From contig OX597838.1 of NCBI GenBank assembly GCA_951406725.2, positions 19,344,001 through 19,408,000 of the forward strand: a stretch of 64,000 bases of DNA. The letters are read 5' to 3'. A model generated the notes under the pieces. It was not told the DNA's origin, made no database searches, and worked only from the letters and a program-made list of their open reading frames with translations. The translations under genes were made by a program, and so were the position numbers. The DNA is from Octopus vulgaris (taxonomy: Eukaryota). Shown here piece after piece: positions 59,501-64,000 of the stretch; position 1 is the stretch's first letter, and every line of letters begins with the position of its first letter.

Positions 59501-59698
59501 CATACATACATATACATACAAGAGGGTGCAGAATAATTTTTGGCTTTAACCTTCTGAATTCTTTCACAGGGCTTAGAAAAACTGAAGGACTGCTGCAATA
59601 AGTGTGAATCTGAGAGGAGAATATATTATATATAATCATAATTAACTGATCCTCCTCTATTTTCTTTTATCCAAACCCAGGAATGTTTCAGCACTCCT

Positions 59699-59701
<3 letters not shown>
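59185..59701. mobile_element. Two adjacent copies of a mariner-type MITE (59185-59401, 59519-59701) separated by (CA)n
   Basis: gagggggagctgaaaag.. / ..cttttcagcaccatcttg type TIRs; shared internal sequence gggcttagaaaaactgaaggactgctg. Confidence 0.75.
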
Positions 59702-59757
<56 letters not shown>

Positions 59758-60093
59758 TCATCATCATCGTTTAACGTCCGCTTTCCATGCTAGCATGGGT
59801 TGGACGGTTCAACTGGGGTCTGGGGAGCCAGAAGGCTGCGCCAGGCCCAGTCTGATCTGGCAATGTTTCTACGGCTGGATGCCCTTCCTAACGCCAACCA
59901 CTCCGTGAGTGTAGTGGGTGCTTTTTATGTGCCACCTGCACAGGTGCCAGACGAGGGTGGCAAACAGCCACGATCGGATGGTGATTTATACATGCCACTG
60001 GCACGGGGGCCAGATGAGGCTGGCAACGGCCACAATCGGATGGTGCATTTTGCGTACCACCGGCATGGATATATATATATATATATACACATA

Positions 60094-60647
60094 TTGGGTC
60101 ATTCCATAAATAATGCGCTTTTTTTCAATTACACGTACTAAAAGTCAGAGGGGGACGGGATAAGCTACCTGCATCAACTTGCTATAAAAGCAGGTAGTAA
60201 TTTTACCTTTTACTTATTCTTAGTGAAAGTTTTGAAGAGTGCAGTTCGATTTTAACAGTTATATTTTCAATGCTATAATGGAAGTGACAAAGGAACATAT
60301 TCAGAATATTTTGCATTATGAGTTCCAAAAATGAAACCACGCAATGGAAAGTGTCAGGAATATTAATGCAGTATATGGGGATCGGACAATATGCATAAGC
60401 AGGTGTCAATGGCGGTTCCAGAAATTCCGAGCCAGAAACTACAGCCTAGAAGACGAGCCTTGTCTTGGAAGATCTGTAGAGCTTGACAAGGATGCCTTGC
60501 AAACCCTGGTGGAACAAAATCACATCATAACTGCTGAGGAACTAACAGAGATGCTTGGATTTGGTCATTCAACCATTCATCGGCACTTGTGTGCCTTTGG
60601 AAAAGTCAGCAAATTGGGTCAATGGGTTCCTCACAAACTTCCTAAGT
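60094..60647 (+). mobile_element. 3'-truncated mariner transposon pseudogene
   Basis: TA + TIR ttgggtcattccataaataatgcg; ORF from ATG 60278 with an internal stop, HTH region FQKFRARNYSLEDEP..GR and GQWVPHKL (WVPHEL motif); catalytic domain absent. Confidence 0.9.
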
Positions 60648-61885
60648 CTTTAACCCTTTACATTCAAACTGGCCAGATCAGGCCTCTCACAACTATCCTA
60701 CAATGTCTTAAACATATGCAATGACATCATGAAAATTTCTTTGCTACGAGATAAAGCATGATTAATTCAAAATAATGTGAATCAAGAAGCACTGCATTTC
60801 GACAAAGTAATCTGAATGCTAAAGGATTAAGGACTGATAAAATGAAGTACCAGCGAAATACTGGGGGTTGATGTAATCGACTTGCCTCTCCCACCAAAAC
60901 TACAGGCCTTTTGTCAAAATTAGACAGAATAATTACAGAACTAATAATCCTTTCTACTATAGGCACAAGACCTGAAATTTTGGGGGAGGTGGGTAAGTAA
61001 CTTTGACCCCAATATTCAACTCAGTTTAGCTAAGGCAGCGAGGTGGCAGAATCGTTAGCACGCTGAGCAAAATGCTTAGCAGCATTTCATCTGCCGTTAC
61101 GTTCTGAGTTCAAATTCCACCGAGGTCAACTTTGCCTTTCATTCTTTCGGCATTGATAAATTAAGTACCAGTTACGCACTGAGATCGATGTAATCAACTT
61201 AATCTCTTTGTCTGTCCCCTCTGTGTGTAGCCCCTTGTGGGCAATAAAGAAATAAGAAACGTTAGCACGTCGGGCGAAATGTCTAGCGGTATTTCGTCTG
61301 CCACTACGTTTTGAGTTCAAATTCCGCCAAGGTCAACTTTGCCTTTCATCCTTTCGGGGTCGATTAAATAAGTACTAGTTACGCACTGGGGTCGATATAA
61401 TTGACTTAATCCGTTTGTCTGTCCTTGTTTGTTCCCTCTGTGTTTAGCCCCTTGTGGGTAATAAAGAAATAGGTATTTCGTCTGCCACTACGTTCTGAGT
61501 TCAAATTCCACCGAGGTCGACTTTACCTTTCATCCTTTCGGGATCAATTAAATAAGTACCAGTTACGCACTGGGGTCGATGTAATCGACTTAATCTGTTT
61601 GTCTGTCCTTGTTTGTCCCCTTGTGTTTAGCCCCTTGTGGGTAGTAAAGAAACAGGTATTTCGTCTGTCTTTATGTTCTGAGTTCAAACTCCGACGAGGT
61701 CGGACTTTGCCTTTCATCCTTTGGCGTCAGTGAAATAGGTACTAGTTGAGCACTGCGGGTCGATGTAATTGACTTACTCCCTCCGCTGTAATTTCTGACC
61801 TTGTGCCAAAACTTGAAATCGATATTTGTAAAGTGTCTGTGAAGCTCCAACACATGCCTCGGTAAAAAAAATTACTCGTGATCCA

Positions 61886-61958
61886 CATAGACAAGCAAAC
61901 GCGGTAGAGCGTTAGCTTTGCACGCGAAAGGCCCCGGACTCCATCCCTGACATCGCCA
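61886..61958 (+). pseudogene. Degenerate tRNA-Ala(TGC)-like sequence
   Basis: ggtagagcgttagctTTGCAcgcgaaaggccccggactccatccctgacatcgcca colinear with tRNA-Ala(UGC); B-box mutated and 5' acceptor strand lost. Confidence 0.65.
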
Positions 61959-62008
61959 GAATATTTTCACGGCGGTTCCCCCAAACACCGCCGCAGACTT
62001 TGGGTTTG

Positions 62009-62326
62009 GGCGATCTTTCGTCTCTAGTAGACCTTTCCGTCGATTTCCGTGAAAAAATTTTTTTGTTTTACATATGGGCTTGCGGGAACTTTTGAAGTAA
62101 TATACATACATATACACATACACCACACCCCATCAAACACACACACATGTACATCAATGCTTCACATGCACGGTAACTTCAAAAGAATTTCCCTCGTCAT
62201 ACAATTGCTTTCTCTTAGTCTCTTTCGCTCTCATTACTTCAAAAGTTCCCGCAAGCCCATATGTAAAAAAAAAAAATTTTTTTTACGGAAATCGACGGAA
62301 AGGTCTACTAGTGACGAAAGATTGCC
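62009..62326. mobile_element. Merlin-type MITE
   Basis: ~93-bp TIRs GGCGATCTTTCGTC.. / ..GACGAAAGATTGCC; exact 8-bp TSD TGGGTTTG (62001-62008, 62327-62334). Confidence 0.85.
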
Positions 62327-64000
62327 TGGGTTTGAAACGCACAAAGGAACTTTTTAAATGTATTTTTTTTTTCTCGGTTTAAAATCATTTCAACAATAAT
62401 TTGTAAGAAACGAGTTGTCTCCCTTAGACAACACTGCGCGAATGCTTCTGCACCGTTGCTGTTACTCTTTGTAGATAGAAAGCAAGAGGCCAGACCTGAT
62501 TGAACCGACCTTAATGATATTTGCGGTTCCTTTTTACATGCTCAACACTACATTATCGAATACATCTTTATTTTTAATTCTAAAGATGTTAGTGTGTAAT
62601 CTGAGGGTGATATGGCTGCTATTTCGAGCAGGCTCCAGCCACCACGTATAAGTTTACCTCATTGTCTCAAATGTATTGATGGGTTTCGTTTTTGGATTTG
62701 GTTCGCAAGATTCTTTTTATGAGTTCGTGTGTGGAAGCATATTCTGTTGTGCCTGGGGAGAGTCATTTTTTTTTTTGGTGAAGTACCAGCGAAATACTGG
62801 GGTTGATGCAATCGACTTGCCTCTCCCACCAATAAATATTACAGGCCTTTTGTGTAAGAAATAAGTGGAAATTTTACCGGCGAGTGTGTTAAATTATAAG
62901 GCACAAAAAGAAAATGACTCCCCAGACACAACAGAATATTGATGTGTTGTCTATGGACAACTACTAAATTTTTTCCTGGTCGTCCATATTCCCCAGTTCC
63001 CTCGTCATTACTGGATATGGCTATAATAAAATCAATTCCTGGAAGACTGATATAAGGGGGAAGATGGTGGAAGAATTTGAAGTCTAAAATAGGGATACAT
63101 GAAATCATGATCATCGTTTAACGTCCGCTTTCCATGCTAGCATGGGTTGGACGATTTGACTGAGGTCTGGCGAACCAGATGGGGCTGCACCAGACTCCAA
63201 TCTGATCTGGCAGAGTTTCAACAGCTGGATGCCCTTCCTAATACCAACCACTCCGAGAGTGTAGTGGGTGCTTTTACGTGCCACCGGCACGAGGGCCAGT
63301 CAGGCGGTACAGGCAACCGTACTGCACAGGAGCCAGTCCAGCGGCACTGGCAACAACCTCGCTCGAATGTTTTTTCACATGCCACCTGCACAAGTGCTAG
63401 TAAGGCGACGCAGGTAACGATCACGCTCAAATGGTGCTTTTAACATGCCACCGGCCGGGAGGCCAGCTTGTTGCTCTGGCAACGATCTCACTTGTATGGT
63501 ACTCTTAGCGCTCCACTAGCACGGATGCCAGTCATCGAATTTGATTTAACAATGATAAAACAAAAATTCTTTGAAACTAAAGGTTCTGAGTTCAAACTGA
63601 ACTAGGTGATATCTTCACAGTCATCGTTTTGCACAGACTTTTTTCCATGTTTGTATGAACAGGATAGGTTTTCTGAGTCTGTGTTTTATAGTTACACATC
63701 TTTTCTGTCATTAACCATTGTAATTGCTCACTTCTTATGATATTGTCTTATGACATTCTCGAGCCACGCCAGGCTCATAAGGACTGGTTTCCCGGTTTCC
63801 TTAGTGTATAGGTTCCTCACCTGGACGGGACACCAGTCCGTCACAGGTGAGCTGCAAGATGCAGGAGGAAAGAGTGAGAGAAAGTTGTGGCGAAAGAGTC
63901 AGCAGAAGTTCACCATTACCTTCTGCCAGAGCCTTGTGGAGCTTAGGTGTTTCGCTATTAAACGTACACATCGCCTGGTCTGAGATTCAAACCCGCGATC

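Noticed and set aside
61886-61958. Functional tRNA-Ala gene
   Set aside because: Acceptor stem cannot form and the T-loop/B-box is mutated; kept only as a pseudogene

Overview
Repeat-rich, AT-rich animal genomic DNA. The SINE families and microsatellite load look like an octopod cephalopod, but that is inference. Main content: (1) a complete 21-coding-exon coatomer beta-prime gene (COPB2/SEC27) on the minus strand, from an ATG-only exon at 38148-38150 to a stop at 5514. Every junction was read as GT-AG and in phase, and exon 19 has two in-frame donors (937 vs 1105 aa). (2) The 2.9-kb last coding exon of a C2H2 zinc-finger gene with a very long Asp-rich tail (minus, 54989-57923). (3) The probable last three exons of an unidentified plus-strand gene converging on COPB2 (325-2816). 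The rest is tRNA-derived SINEs, RTE and CR1 LINE 3' ends, Tc1/mariner relics and MITEs, two non-autonomous Helitrons and microsatellites. Most notable signals: several type-I hammerhead-ribozyme motifs of the Penelope/retrozyme kind (one with an intact core at 51274-51372); three unrelated GG..CC elements with 8-bp TSDs (Merlin-type), one hosting a multi-layer nest; a tRNA-Trp pseudogene split by a LINE; a minisatellite derived from LINE coding sequence; and several long near-perfect hairpins. All calls were made by eye with no database searches.
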